NCBI RefSeq assembly: GCF_009914755.1
Contig: NC_060941.1
Strand: one strand, 5' to 3'
Source: the human T2T-CHM13v2.0 reference genome, Homo sapiens
DNA: 64,000 nt
The first letter of the stretch is position 1; each line of letters starts with the position of its first letter. The position numbers and the translations under genes were made by a program. The notes below the pieces were generated by a model that searched no databases, was not told where the DNA came from, and was given only the letters and a program-made list of their open reading frames with translations. This document shows positions 12,579-25,739 of the stretch, one piece after another.

Positions 12579-14013
12579 TTTTAGGCCACAACTCGGGAGA
12601 TTTCTTTGCCAAAATTAGAACTCCTTGTCAACCTTTCTCAAAGCACATTGCTTTTCTTCAAAGGACCTCTCTTTGTAATAATGTATCATTTGAGGGTAGA
12701 GTCCATGCCTATGTAGCTTGCCATTTTATCCTCAGTGCCTAGCTCAGAGTTAAGTCAACTGAAAATTTGTTTGAAGGAAGAAAGAGGAAAAGCAGGGAGA
12801 AGGCAGGCAAAGGAAATAAGACAGGAGGAGAGACCTGGGCTTTCTGAGCCCTTCATCTGTTATAAAGTTACTGATATAAGTCACACATTTTTCCCTCATT
12901 TGTAAGTCAGGAATGCTAATCCATTCTGTTTCCATGGGTTGGGTTATATGAGAAATAAATGTGCTTCACTCTGTGATCAATCATAGAAAGCATGAAGAAT
13001 GGTGGTGAAAAGCCTCTGATGCAGCAATCTGTGCAGAGGCAGATCTGGAGAGAAAGGGGTAGCATAGCTTCAGTCACCGCAGAGAAGAAGCAACAGCAAC
13101 AGTAGCAACAGTGCTCAGGAGTGAGATATTCATAGACTGGAACCACCTGCACACCCTGGCTGGGATGGCCAAAAACATGGCAGGTACCATCTATAAAGAC
13201 AAGGTTAAAATCTTTAGGCAGGAGAATAGAAAGCTGATACAACTATCCAAGAAGAAAGAAGAAGCACAAAACGAAAATAAGGGTTACAAACATACAAAAC
13301 TTCATATAAGCATTTCAGCTTCAAAAAGAGCATTAGGAGACAAGGAAAGAGAGAGGCTTCTATGAGGAGAGAACTCCGAAAGGACTTATTTAAAGGATGA
13401 TGACCTTGTAAGAAGGTGGAAAGCGTGTGATTAACTTGTATTCCAGTATGGGGGAGGTGAGCCGACCTGGTGAGTCTGTTCCTTGTGAGAGAAGCAGTGG
13501 AGTGAGGTCAGGAGAGGGAACTTAGAACACATCTTCCAAAGAACCCCATCATGGGAAGTAGCAGAGCAGGAAAGAGAGCCAAAAAGTTGGCAAAGAATGA
13601 TGGGCATGCAATGAGATCCACTGTCCTGTGACATTCCCATATTTTGCATAAAGTGGTTGAATAACATGCCTTTCTTATGAATGAATTTCTTGTGGAAAAG
13701 ACAGAGGACAGAATTTCAGATCTGAGTATGGTGTGGGATAGACCTGTGGAAGCTGCAGGGACCTGGGAGAAGTGGCAGAGAGAGGCCAAAGAATAATAAA
13801 TAAAATTGTGGGAGGAGGTTTGCAGGCATTGCTCTCAGGTCTTGAGCGTCACCCTCTGAAGATCTGGGGATGTAGGCTTACTCTGGGATAAGGGCAGATA
13901 TTGAGTGAGAAATTATGCAGTGGGGAGATGGATGTTCAATTACATTGCAACATAATCTGTAGATATAATATGGAACTTTCAGTGAACTCCAGATTGAAAA
14001 GGAAACTGAAACT

Positions 14014-14100
14014 GCTTTTCTTAAAATTGATACATAATATTTTACATATTTATGCGGGTACATGTGATATCTTGTTGCATCCATAGAATGTGTAATGATC
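14014..14100 (-). mobile_element. L1 3'-end fragment (L1MA/PB-like)
   Basis: ttgatacataatattttacatatttatgcgggtacatgtgata... matches the antisense L1 3'UTR tail. Confidence 0.65.
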
Positions 14101-14197
14101 TTTGGTGAAAAGGGCCTAGAAGTGTTGGAAATAATTTTTTAACAAGCTAAGAAGAAAGAATCTCTTTTTTTCTTTCAAACAACAAAATGTCATAAAG

Positions 14198-14228
<31 letters not shown>

Positions 14229-14959
14229 TGCTATATAAACATAAAATAGCTATATAACCTATTTATATCTGTATCTATCTATATATTTATGTATAATAAA
14301 CAAAATTGTTATAAAAAGAAAGCACTTCCAAGAAAAATAAAATTTACAATTGGAATAAGATGGGAGCAAATATTTGACATATAAGGCAAAATATAAACCA
14401 TGCCATGAAAGGAATTTAAACAAAGAGCCCAGGGATTTAGGGATAAGGAGAGGTCAACTCCAGTTTCAATATCAAAAAAGGCTCTCTGTAGGAGAAGTTT
14501 TGGAGCTGCCTCATACCTTCCGTCAGAAATTCTATATAGAGACCTCATAAACCTCTCTTTAAAACTCCAAAGGTGAAGAAGATTAGTGTATGTACAGAAA
14601 CTATTGTTCCAGGAGCTACAAGATGCTACAGTACATTATCTATTTAATATTTACAAGAAACCCATAAGATAGATATTTTTTAACCTCCATTTTACAGATG
14701 AGGAAACTAAGGTTTAAATAAGTTAATTAACTTGGCCAACTTCTTGCCCCAGAAGGCAGCAAAAGCCGAAACTGGAATTTAAACCTCTGGATTTCTGGCC
14801 CTACCTCAAGGGGTTCCTTCTTAAGGAGCCTCAGCATTTACTAAAGAAGAATTGGGTTAGTAGCAAACTCAAATGAAGTGGGTGCAGATCAGTCATGATC
14901 CCCATGAGAAACACAGGGCACAATTAGTTAAATAATTGGGAGTTGAATAAAGGAACTCC

Positions 14960-15350
14960 TTATAAAGCCATAGGCAACAATATCATGTCATTGATAAGAA
15001 ATGAATGACAGAGTACCCTGGGGGCTAGTAACAGCAAGATGCCACTCAACCCTAGGCTGAAGGTGTAGGGGAGGGAGTGGTCACCAAGACCTGAGGCAGA
15101 GAGCTGTGAGGAAAGGACCACCTGAAGGATGAAACTGAAGGATGCAGCCAGCCAACAATGACCCTGCACGGCGGGAGACATGGGAATAAATATCGTGACA
15201 CCACATTCCACTCAACAACTGATCTCTTGCTGTGCTCTCCATTGGCCAAACTTGACTTGGCTCAGGGCAGATCTTCAGGAGGCTGCAAATAAAAGGAAGA
15301 GGAACATGGGAAATAGCATCACGGTGCCTTGGCTGAGACCATTAGGCTTG
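14960..15350 (-). mobile_element. ERVL LTR16-like fragment
   Basis: agagtaccctgggggctagtaacagc...gaggcagagagctgtg resembles reverse LTR16; boundaries approximate. Confidence 0.5.
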
Positions 15351-16699
15351 ATATTGCTATGATTCCTACATACAACAATGAACTTCCAAATTGTCCTGAT
15401 AGGCTGAGTTTTTCAAGTTAAAGGATTATATCTCATACGTCTTTCTATTCCCAATTTGAACATGAAGCTTAGAATGTTAGCAGGCTGTTAATACATGCTT
15501 ACTAAATTGACTTGAATTAATAAAGGAATTTTGCCACCTGAGGGTTATCAATCTAAAATGTTTTAGAAATATAATAGTCATCTGGCAGGCGATGCTTCCA
15601 AATTTCTCAGATTTCCAGGCTCACTGTAGGACTAGAAACTGAATAAGGAGCTGAAAAAATGTAATTGGATAACTAAGAGATTTTGTGAGTGGCTCTCAAG
15701 AATGACCTGTCATTTGTAGACAGAGTTTTTTTTGATTCCTCATGTCATTCCCCGGGGAGGAGGGACTCAGCATTAGTCTCTCAGCTTTAGGGACTCAGCA
15801 AAGAAGGCTGACTCAGCATTAATGCATCTATTCACAATCACTGAACATATGCAGAAGAGCAAATATGATGCTGTCAACACCTCCTCATGGAGCAACATGG
15901 AAGATTCCAACACAGTGCATGTTGCTGTAAACAGTCCCTCCAAGCAACGTGCAGTGGGCATGGCGTGATGAGCTCTCAGACCTCCCTCTCTACTGCTTAA
16001 CGTTTTTCTTCCTGGGAAACACTCCTAACCATTCTCACTTTTAATCACAAGCAGCTATGCAATACAATTTTTAAAGTGAGGGAATTCTAGATCCAAAGGA
16101 TCCCTAAATATATATATATTTTTGTATCTTTTCATCCTGCAGAAGAGGAAACTGAGACCCAACATAAACATCTGTGGAATGCCTGACTGGATAAACCCTC
16201 ACAGGACCAACATGTTGAAGCCCATCCCAAGGAAATGAAGTGTTCAAAAACCTTTGTCCTCCAAATTGCTCCAGCTAATGAAAAGTGTTGTGCTCAACCA
16301 GAGTCTTACTTTTTGGAACCTCAGTTTCCTCATCTTAGAAGATAAGCATCATAGTAACTTTCTCCTAAGGTTATGATACAAATGAGTGAATGGGTATAAG
16401 TTCTATAAACTCTAAAATGTAATAAAATTCATTCAGTTATTTACTAATAAGTGAACAATATTTTCTGACAGGCTTCCTCTATTTGGGATTTGAAGATCAG
16501 GTTCTTTCAAGGATTTTGCTCCTAAATGTTCTCTTTCTCCTGCCTCATTTTTAAAAAATAAACCTTTTGTTTTAGAATAGTTTTAGATTTACAAAAAAAA
16601 AAAAAAAAGGAAGATGATACAGAATTCCCAAATACCCCACATCCTGCCTCATCAATTTTTTTCTCTCTCTGTATCCCTTTGCAATCTGTACACAGACAT

Positions 16700-18220
16700 A
16701 AGGGAGAGTGCCTTCCATCTTAAAACAGCAGAGAAATATCTTTTTCCTGGACATTTCTCTTCAATTGATATCCAGTTTCACCCTTCCACTTCACAGCAAA
16801 ACTACTTAAAGAGGTATTTATCTCTATTAATGGTCTTACCTACTTCACCCCCATTATTTCCATCCTCCACTTTTGTCCCCATGACTCCACTCATGCAGAA
16901 TTGTCAAAATCCTCCGTGTTGCCTAGACCAGGGGTCACTTCTGTGTCTTTGTCTTATTCAATGTCTCATCAGCATTCATTTCGATTTATTTCTTCCTCCT
17001 TCTTAGAAGCCTCTCTTTCCTTGGCTTCTGTGATCCCACAAACTCTTATTTCACTGGTTGTCTTTCTTTAATGTCTTTTGCAATCTATTTCTTCTCTGTG
17101 TGCTCTCTGAATGTCAACCTGCCTCTGGGCACGTCAGAACCTTCTTTCTCCCCCTCTTTCTATTCAATTCCTAGAAGATCTCATTTCATTTCATGGCTTC
17201 TATCCACTTTATATCCAATGACTCCCACATTGATATTTCCAGTCGTCATCTCAATTTGGAGGACTGAAATTGTATCTTCACCTACAGACTTTGTATCTCC
17301 ACTTGGATGTCTAGTAGTTATGTCAAGTTTTATACAGTCAAAACAGAACTCCCTGTCACTCTCTGCTCCAGTCTGACCCTTCCTCAGCTGTACCTCTGTA
17401 AATGGTACTATCCAGTGGTCCAAGCTAAAGAGACAGACATTGTCCTTGATTCTTCATTGTCTTGATTCCCTCAAACCTTCACATTCAATCTACCAGCATG
17501 TCCCTTCAACCTTACTTCAAACATATTCTCAACCTGTTCACATTTTTTCCATCTCCAACATTCCACTTCACTTTACATCACCAGCCAGCCTGCTGAAATG
17601 GCCTCTGAAGTGGTTTCCTTGCTTGCATTATTACCCGCTTCCTACTTTCACTAAACTCATTCTCCACATGGCGGACAGAGTGATATTAAGTTGTTGACCA
17701 TATCCTGTCACTTTAAACTATTCAGTGGCTTGATAGTGCATTCAAAATAAATCCAAACTATCAAAAATCTCTTGGCCGCCAGGGCCCTCTCTGCATGATC
17801 TGGCCTCATTTTCTTCTCTCTCTCAGATCTTATGTCCTATCAGTCTTTTCTTGCACATTAGCCACTCTGGCCTGCTTTATGTTTTGCAAATACAGGAAGA
17901 TTTTTTCTAAGAGTTTTTCTCTTGCCATTCTCTCAGCATAGCACACTCGACTCCACAAGATTATTCTATGATCAGCTCTTTACTATCTGGTTGGAGAGAC
18001 TTTTCTTCACTACCTTTTGGAAAGAACCTTCTTCTCCCCTCCCTTCGTTACTCACCATTTCATATCCCTGTTTTAATTTTTTCATTGCACATATCATGGT
18101 TTTAAACCTTGTTCATTTTAGAGCAGACATCCATCTGTCTTATTCACTACTTTCCCTGGGGCCTCAACACTGCTAGTATACAGTAAGGTGGTTGGTAGGT
18201 ACGTGAATGATGAAATGCAT
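16700..18220 (+). mobile_element. L2 LINE 3' portion
   Basis: Long CT-rich L2-like sequence ending in a gaatgatgaaatg-type L2 tail. Confidence 0.6.
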
Positions 18221-18315
18221 AAATGTCTTCAGTGATAGAGATATAGTAGTAAACAAATCTAAAGGCTTGTGATGACTTTCATTATGTTCACAGCAGGGTA
18301 CTTTTAGTGACCATA

Positions 18316-20605
18316 TGATATGGTTTGGCTGTGTCCCCACCCAAATCTCATCTTGAATTGTAACTCCCACAATTCCCACATGTCATGGGAGGAACGTAGT
18401 GGGAGGTGGTTCAATTATGGGGGTGGGTCTTTCTTGCACTGTTCTTGTGATAGTGAATGAGTCTCATGAGATCTGATGGTTTTAAAAATGGGAGTCTCCT
18501 TGCATAAGCTCTCTTCTTTTGTCTGCCACCACATGAGACGTGCCTTTCACCTTCTGCCATGATTGAGAGTCCTCCTCAGCTATGTGAAACTGTAAGTCCA
18601 TTAAATCTCTTTCTATTGTAAACTGCCCAGTCTCAGGTATATCTTTATCAGCGGTGTGAAAATGGACTAAAACAGTAAATTGGTACCAGTAGAGTGGGGT
18701 GCTGCTGAAAAGATACCCAAAAATGTGAAAGTGACTTTGGAACTGGGTAACAGGCAGAGCTTGGAACAGTTTGGAGAGCTCAGAAGAAGACAGGAAAATA
18801 TGGAAACCTTTGGAACTTCCTAGAGACTTGTTGAAGAATGGCTTTGCCCAAAATGCTGATAGCGATATAGACAGTAAAGTCCAGGCTGAGGTGGTCTCAG
18901 ATGGAAATGAGGAACTTGTTGGAAACTGGAGCAAAGGTGACTCTTATTATATTTTAGCAAAGAGACTGGCAGCATTTTGCCCTGCCCTAGAGATTTGTGG
19001 AACTTTGAACTTGAGAGAGATGGTTTAGGGTACCTGGTGGAAGAAGTTTCTAAGCAGCAAACCATTCAAGAGGTGATGGGTGCTGTTAAAGGCATTCCGT
19101 TTTATAAGGGAAGCAGAGTATAAGAGTTCAGGAAATTTGCAGCCTGACAACATGATAGAAAAGAAAATCCTATTTTCTGAGGAGAAATTCAAGCCAGCTG
19201 CAGAAATTTGCATAAGTAACTGGCAGTTGAATGTTAGTCCCCAAGATAATGGGGAAAATGTGTCCAGGGTATATCAGAGGTCTTCACAGCGGCCCCTCCC
19301 ATCACAGGCCTGGAGGCCTAGGAGGAAAAAGTGGTTTCATGGACTAGGCCCAGGGTTCCTGTGCTGTGTGCAGGCTAGGGACTTTGTGCCCTGTGTCCCA
19401 GCCACTTCAGCTGTGGCTGAAAGAGGCCAATATAGAGCTTGGGCCATGGCTTCAGAGAGTGCAAGCCTGAAACGTTGGCAGCTTCTATGTGGTGTTGAGC
19501 CTGGAAGTTCACAGAAGTCAAGAATTGAAGTTTGAGAACCTCTTCCCAGATTTCAGAAGATGTATGGAAATGCCTGGATGTCCAGGCAGAAGTTTGCAGA
19601 ACAGGTGAGATCCTCACGGAGAACCTCTGCTAATGCAATGCAGAAGGGAAATATGGGGTGGAAGCCCCACACAGAGTCTCTACTGGGGCACTGCCTAGTG
19701 GAGCTGTGAGAAGAGGGCCACCGTCCTCCAGATCAAAGAATTATAGATTAACTGACAGCTTATACCGTGTGCCTGCAAAAGCTCCAGACACTCAGCACCA
19801 GACCATGAAAGCAACCAGGAGGGAGGCTGTACCCTGCAAAGCCACAGGGAAGGAGCTGCCCAAGACCATGGGAACCCATGTTTTGCATCAGCATGATCTG
19901 GATGTGAGACATGGAGTCAAAGGAGATTGTTTTGGAGCTTTAAGATTTGACTGCCCCACTGGATTTTGGACTTGCATGGGGCCTGTAACCCCTTTGTTTG
20001 GGCCAATTTCTTCCATTTGGAAGGGCTGTATTTACCCAATACCTGTATCTCCCTTATATCTAGGAAGTAACTACTTGATTTTGATTATATAGGCTCACAG
20101 GCAGAAAGGACTTGCCTTGTCTCAGATGAGACACTAGACTGTGGACTTTTGAGTTAATGCTGAAATGAGTTAAGAATTTGGGTGACTGTTAAGAAGGCAT
20201 GATTGGTTTTGAAATGTGATTACACGAGATTTAGGAGGGGCCAGGGGCAGAATGATATGGTTTGGCTGTGTCCCCACCCAAATGTCATTTTGTATTGTGA
20301 CTCCCACAATTCCCAGGCATTGTGGGAGGAACCCAGTGGGAGGTGATTAAATTACAGGGGCGGGTCTTTCCTGTGCTGTTCTCCTGATAGTAAATGAGTC
20401 ATGAGATCCAATGGTTTTAAAAATGGGAGTCTCCCTGCACAAGCTTCTTTTGTCTGCTGCCTTGTGAGACTTGCCTTTCACCTTCCACCATGATTGTGAG
20501 CCTTCCCCAGCCACGTGAAACTGTAAGTCCATTAAATCTCTTTCTTTTGTAAATTTCCCAGTCTCAGGTATGTCTTTATCAGCACTGTGAAAACGGACTA
20601 ATACA
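18316..20605 (+). mobile_element. Full-length THE1B-like MaLR element (5' LTR 18316-18674, internal 18675-20252, 3' LTR 20253-20605)
   Basis: Two direct LTRs, each TGATATGGTTTGGCTGTGTCCCCACCCAAAT...CA; polypurine tract before the 3' LTR; TSD CCATA/CTATA. Confidence 0.93.
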
Positions 20606-22689
20606 CTATAGTTTCAAAAACCCACCCATGCAGGTATTTCCAAATTGCCTGGCCATGCAACCTGAAAAGAAGAATGAATTGAATGTTAAGAGTTTTGTGG
20701 TTGATTAGTGGATGGGAGGGGGTGACTTTCAGATAATTAAAGGCTCCCTGGATAAGACTGATAGCTTTTAAGGATGTCAATACTATTTATCTACTTGGCA
20801 GTACAGAGGCATACAGAGTTCTATGCTGGGAGCACTGCTTAGTGCTTCTCTCAGATTATCTCATTGAAGCATCTCAATAATCTCACAAAGCATCTTCCCA
20901 TTTTGTAGATAAAATAACTGAGACAGAGGAGAGTCAAGTAAGTTGCAAAAACTTACAAAACTGGTCAATGACAAATCAGAGATTTCAAAGCCTGTTTTCA
21001 CGCTATTGCATATTTCAATTTTGAGAACTAAGACATATTATCCAGATTATAATAGCAGACAGGTGAACTAATAATTGCAGTCCAGGTGCCAGGAAGTCTA
21101 GAATTATCCAAGTTACTTCTATTTTGGGTTGAATCTAAAGTGTCCCAGATATTGGCAAGATGAAGGATGTTTTGTGAGAAACTTAAATGATTATAAACAA
21201 GGGATTAGGAATTAAAATGAGCATTCTTCCTCACCTTATTCAACTGAGAGCCTACTATGTGCCAGGTACCAGCTGGATTCTGGGGATATAGTAGCGACAA
21301 GACAGACACAATGTCCTCTGGAAGTTTCCTTTTGAAGAAATGAGGGTACATTTAATCTTTCACTTATACCATCCACTTTCAGTTCCTTCATAGCAATTGG
21401 GTTCTTAACAGAAATGTGGTATGGTGTCAGCCAGGAATTTGTGAATAAGCTTGCTCCAGAGGTCTCTATGGAGATGCTACTTGATGCAGAGCATCAGCGA
21501 TGGAATCAAATGGTACCATTCCCAGCCACGCCATCATTGGTTCAGCTTGTGAGTGTGGTTTTCTTTAGTTAGTTAAGCTTGACAAATATTCACTTATAGT
21601 GAAGAAAATCTTCCTGATACACTGTAAATTTATTGCATGAGTTTTGGAAATGTTTAGGAATTGGTATTGACAGTCTTTGGTGATTGCATGGATATGAAGG
21701 GGATGAAGAAATGGAAGAGTCAAGGATAATTTCCAGGCTTTGGGTTTGAGCAATGGGGTGATTGGCAGTGCCATTTACTAAGAGGAAATACACTGGAAAA
21801 GAAACAAAATGTTTTGTTTTTGCTTTATTTTGTCTCATTTAGGAAAAAGATCATGACGTCTGTTTCAGATATGTTGAGATAGAGCTGTCTATAGACATTC
21901 AAGCGATGTTCAATAGGCAACTGAATACAGGATGGAATTTCAAAAGAGATTTAGTGAAAATGTCGGGAAATTGTCAATAAATAATAACAGTCACAAAGCT
22001 GGAAAAACGTGTCTTTTGAGAAGTGTACCATGGAATTCAGTAATCTATACAGAGGGAGTAGTTTTTGCTATTTAGGCAAGGCATTTTTCATTTTGTGGCT
22101 TTTTTTTCTTTTTTGCCTTTAACATTCAAGTTTCTTCCCTTGGGGGAAAAATTCAACCAGAAAAAAAAGCAAAGCAAACAAAAACAAAAACCTGATACTA
22201 CCTTCCTTATAATATTGCTTTTAAACAAGCTTATCTTGCTGAGTCCTTTCAGCATCAAGTCAAATAATCATTTCCCCCAAGGGAAGAAGGCAAGCATGGA
22301 AATTAAATTAAATTCTAACAAAACAAGCCAATGTATTTCCCCTCCACTTATGTGCAATCTGTTTCATCCCAGTTGTGACTGATGCCTCGGATAAAACAGC
22401 CATGCATCTGTGACTGATTTACACAGTGTTATGCAACACACACTCTGTTATGATGAAAACTCTTGTTTTCTTTGAATTTTGTGTTGTTTAAAAGGGAGCT
22501 TTTTCAGTTCTGCTTTTGCTTGAGAAAAATGGTAGGATGCACGTGGATTTTGAGACAAAAGGTCTAGCTTTATCTCCCAGCTCTGCAGGTTTCCACTGAA
22601 CAATTTTAGTCCATTCTTTCAGAAATGAGGTAACAATTGCCTTTAGGGGGTTCTGAGACTCACACATGCCCAGTGAAGGAGGGAGCTCA

Positions 22690-23180
22690 TGGCAGATACA
22701 GTTAGTTGCCTGCCCAGTGTCTATGCCCCCCCTCTTTTTTCCATTAGAACCCCAGTTTTCTTCAGGACCCTAATAGGCCCAACTCTGAATTTGAGTTTGC
22801 CTCTTTGTTGGTTAAAAATGCTCAAATATTGGTTATTTCAAGTGGTTCATTCTCAAACAAATATCTCTTTCTTGCCTTTCTTGCAGCTTATGGTGGCACA
22901 GGGTTCTTCTGGTCAATGAGGTATTAGAGGGGGGATGTATGGAGGTGGCCTTTTCTAAATAAAAAAGTGAAGCCCATTTTATCATTCCAGGATATGGACA
23001 TGATGCCTGGAGGAACAACTGACATATTTCAACTGTGAGAATGAAAATCATGCAATAGAGATGTGGAACAGAAAGCTAGAAGAATAATTCACTCAACAAA
23101 TAAAACTTTTTACTAATTTAAGCCACAGATTAGTTTAGGTTTTCTGTTGCTTGTAGCTGACTGAAATACTTTCTGATACT
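22690..23180 (+). mobile_element. Old ERVL-type solo LTR (LTR33/LTR16-like)
   Basis: tggcagatacagttagttgcc start and tttctgttgcttgtagctga...gatac end, typical of ERVL LTRs. Subfamily uncertain. Confidence 0.45.
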
Positions 23181-23705
23181 GTATTCACAAACTGTTAGTT
23201 TATTTTCACCTCCTCCTTTGATAATCATCCCACTTTTTAAAATTCCAAGATGAGTAGGGGCCTGAGGCACGGCTTCCTCTATCATTATTGGAGCAAGTTC
23301 AAGCTACTAGACTTACTAGTAGTTCTCAGTCTGCAGAAGATATTTGATGAGATGGCCTCGTCCTCAGAACAATCACTATTGTTTTTTGAGCACACACAAT
23401 GTGCCAGGCATCATGCTAAGCCCTTTGCATACAAGATCTCATTTAATTCCTGACAACAAGGCTATAGGAAAATAACACAAATCAGTACCCACCTTTTGTA
23501 GTAAAGGAAAATCAGGAAGAGAGTTTAAGTAACTTGTTCAAACCAACCAGCTTCTAACAGGCTAAAACGTGTAGCATTCACATGTCTTTCTAGCTGCTGT
23601 GTCATAATGTTTTGGTTCATCCATTGTGCTATGACCAGTCCAACTACCAATTTTCTTCTTTGCACAGCTGTTTATTTCATTCTTCTATTCTGCCTTTCTC
23701 CATAA

Positions 23706-23913
23706 CCGTGCTGTCAAATAGAACTTTCTGTCATGAGAGCAATGCTCTATATTTGCCCACTTCAAATATAGTAGCTACTAGCCACATGTGGTTATTGAGG
23801 ACTTGAAATATAAATAATGCAACTAAGGAATTACATTTTAATTTTGTTTAATTGTAAGTGGTTTAAATTGAATAGTCACATGTGACAAATAGCTGCCATG
23901 TTGAACAGTGCCA
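23706..23913 (+). mobile_element. MER3 (hAT-Charlie MITE)
   Basis: gtgctgtcaaatagaactttctg...tagccacatgtggttattgag...gttgaacagtgc with internal palindromy. Confidence 0.8.
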
Positions 23914-25521
23914 CTTTAGAAGACCACAACCAGATGCTGCCCTGGCCAGGGCAAGCCAGGCATTAGGTGCCTGCTCCCAGCTACTCTGCCCTTGACAGTC
24001 CTGATATTTTCCAGGAGTAGTGGCTGTCCTCCACAGCCCTTTCTTGTGGAGCTGACTAGAGGGGATCAAGCCTTTCAGCAACACTCATACCTTTCTTCAA
24101 ACTCAGCACTATAAACATGACAGCATCTGGCTTCCCTGTGTCATGGGCAACCCTTGGAACAGAGGTAAAATATCAAAGTCACTGTGAAATGATGATAATA
24201 AATGTGTGACATTTTTATGGGTTACAAAAGGTTATGAGACCATCAGTTTTTGAGGTGAATGATTTATCTAGAGAATGTGAATATTTAAAAGGCACAGGGA
24301 TAGGAAATAAAAACCAAATGAAAAGTATAAAATCCCATAACACTTTTACCTTTCAAAGCTGGAATATCACCCATAATTTTCCTACTTGCAACCTGGATAT
24401 TAACCTCACTTTTATTTCATAATTGAGTTCTGGATGGTTTCTGACACTACCAGTTAGGTCCCTGCATCAGGAAGCAATTGATCTACTCAGTAGAATTTCT
24501 TAAGAAAACTGTTTGTGTATAGTCAAGTAGTTGGGACAGACACATGGCTATTTACAAACTTCCTTCTAGTGATCAAGTTGTGTAGTGTCTCAGGGCAGAA
24601 ATGGTGATTACTCTTTTAGTTCCCTAACTGGAGACAGGGGATTAGAACTGTTAGATGTAGGGAAATAGCAAGAGCATGATGTAAGGGTTTAGGAAACCTG
24701 GATTTCCACTAAGTTGCTGTTACTTTGGGAAAGTCATTTAACCTCTCTCAACGTGTTTCATCATATAAAAGTCGAAATAATTAAGACGGTTGTTCCATCT
24801 TCCAAAGTTTGAATTTTAAGGTGCTGGTGCACCTTGAGATAGAAGCAACACGGTGCTTGGGGTGAGCCGAGGAATATTGAGAGATTCCAGAAATTGTTGC
24901 AGTGGCTCGAATCAATCCCCTAAGATGAGGAAACGGAGGAGGACGATCTTGAGGGCTTCTATAACAATAAGTCAGTGGTGAAGATTTGGAAAGAGACAAC
25001 TAAGCCACAAGAGCAGTGGTGCAACTATAGAAGTTCGCATCCATGGATTCCTGAAATTTCTTCTTGTCTGACGTTGACAAGGGGTGTATTGTCAAAGAGA
25101 ATGTTTAAAGAAAAGAGAAGAACAAGCACACTGAAAAAAAGTGTGGAGGAGAACAGGGAAGGGAAAGATCCCAGAAGAGAGGAACAAAAGAAGTGAGGTC
25201 GCAGAGGACAACTCTAAGAAAAAGAAAATTTGACTTGCTATTATCTGCCATAAGTATCTTTTATCATAGTTCTGGACATACACTAGTTCTGGCCACAGTC
25301 TTCACCTGTCTGGATGATTGCAATAAAGTCCTAATTTTTGCCTCTGCTTTTGATCTTGCCTCCTTCATGGCATTCTGCATATGCAGCTAAAGTGATTGTC
25401 CTAACACACAAATCTGATGGCCACATCACTCTCTTGCTTAAACTCCTTCGTCAGCCTTCCCAGTGCTCCTCAGAATAAAGTTGAATGACCATCATGATCT
25501 GACTGTGTCATATCCCTCTAG

Positions 25522-25739
25522 CAGTGGTTGACTAATGTTTTCTGTAAAAGCCCAACCAGTAAACATTTTCTGCTCTGAAGGCCAAATGGTCTGTGTGGCA
25601 ACTACCCAACTCTGCTGTCACAGCGAGAAAGCAGCTTAGGCAATATGTAAACGAATGAGTATGGCTGTGTTCCAACAAAACTTTACTTACAAAAACTGGG
25701 ACCCTCCTGCAGGCCCAGGCCTTAGTTTACTGACTCCTG
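25522..25739 (+). mobile_element. MER58A (hAT-Charlie MITE) inserted in an L2 relic
   Basis: CAGTGGTTG...ttctgtaaaagccc...ggctgtgttccaacaaaactttacttacaaaaac...CTCCTG; TSD CCCTCTAG/CCCCATAG. Confidence 0.8.

Noticed and set aside
20501-20515. PRDM9-like 13-mer position in THE1 LTRs (also ~18571 and ~30278)
   Set aside because: Copies read CTTCCCCAGCCAC, CCTCCTCAGCTAT and TCTCCCCAGCCAC; none matches CCNCCNTNNCCNC, so no hotspot is predicted.
24800-25200. Slightly CpG-richer, purine-rich stretch that might be a processed pseudogene fragment
   Set aside because: No recognisable homology, poly(A) tail or TSD; a BLAST search would be needed.
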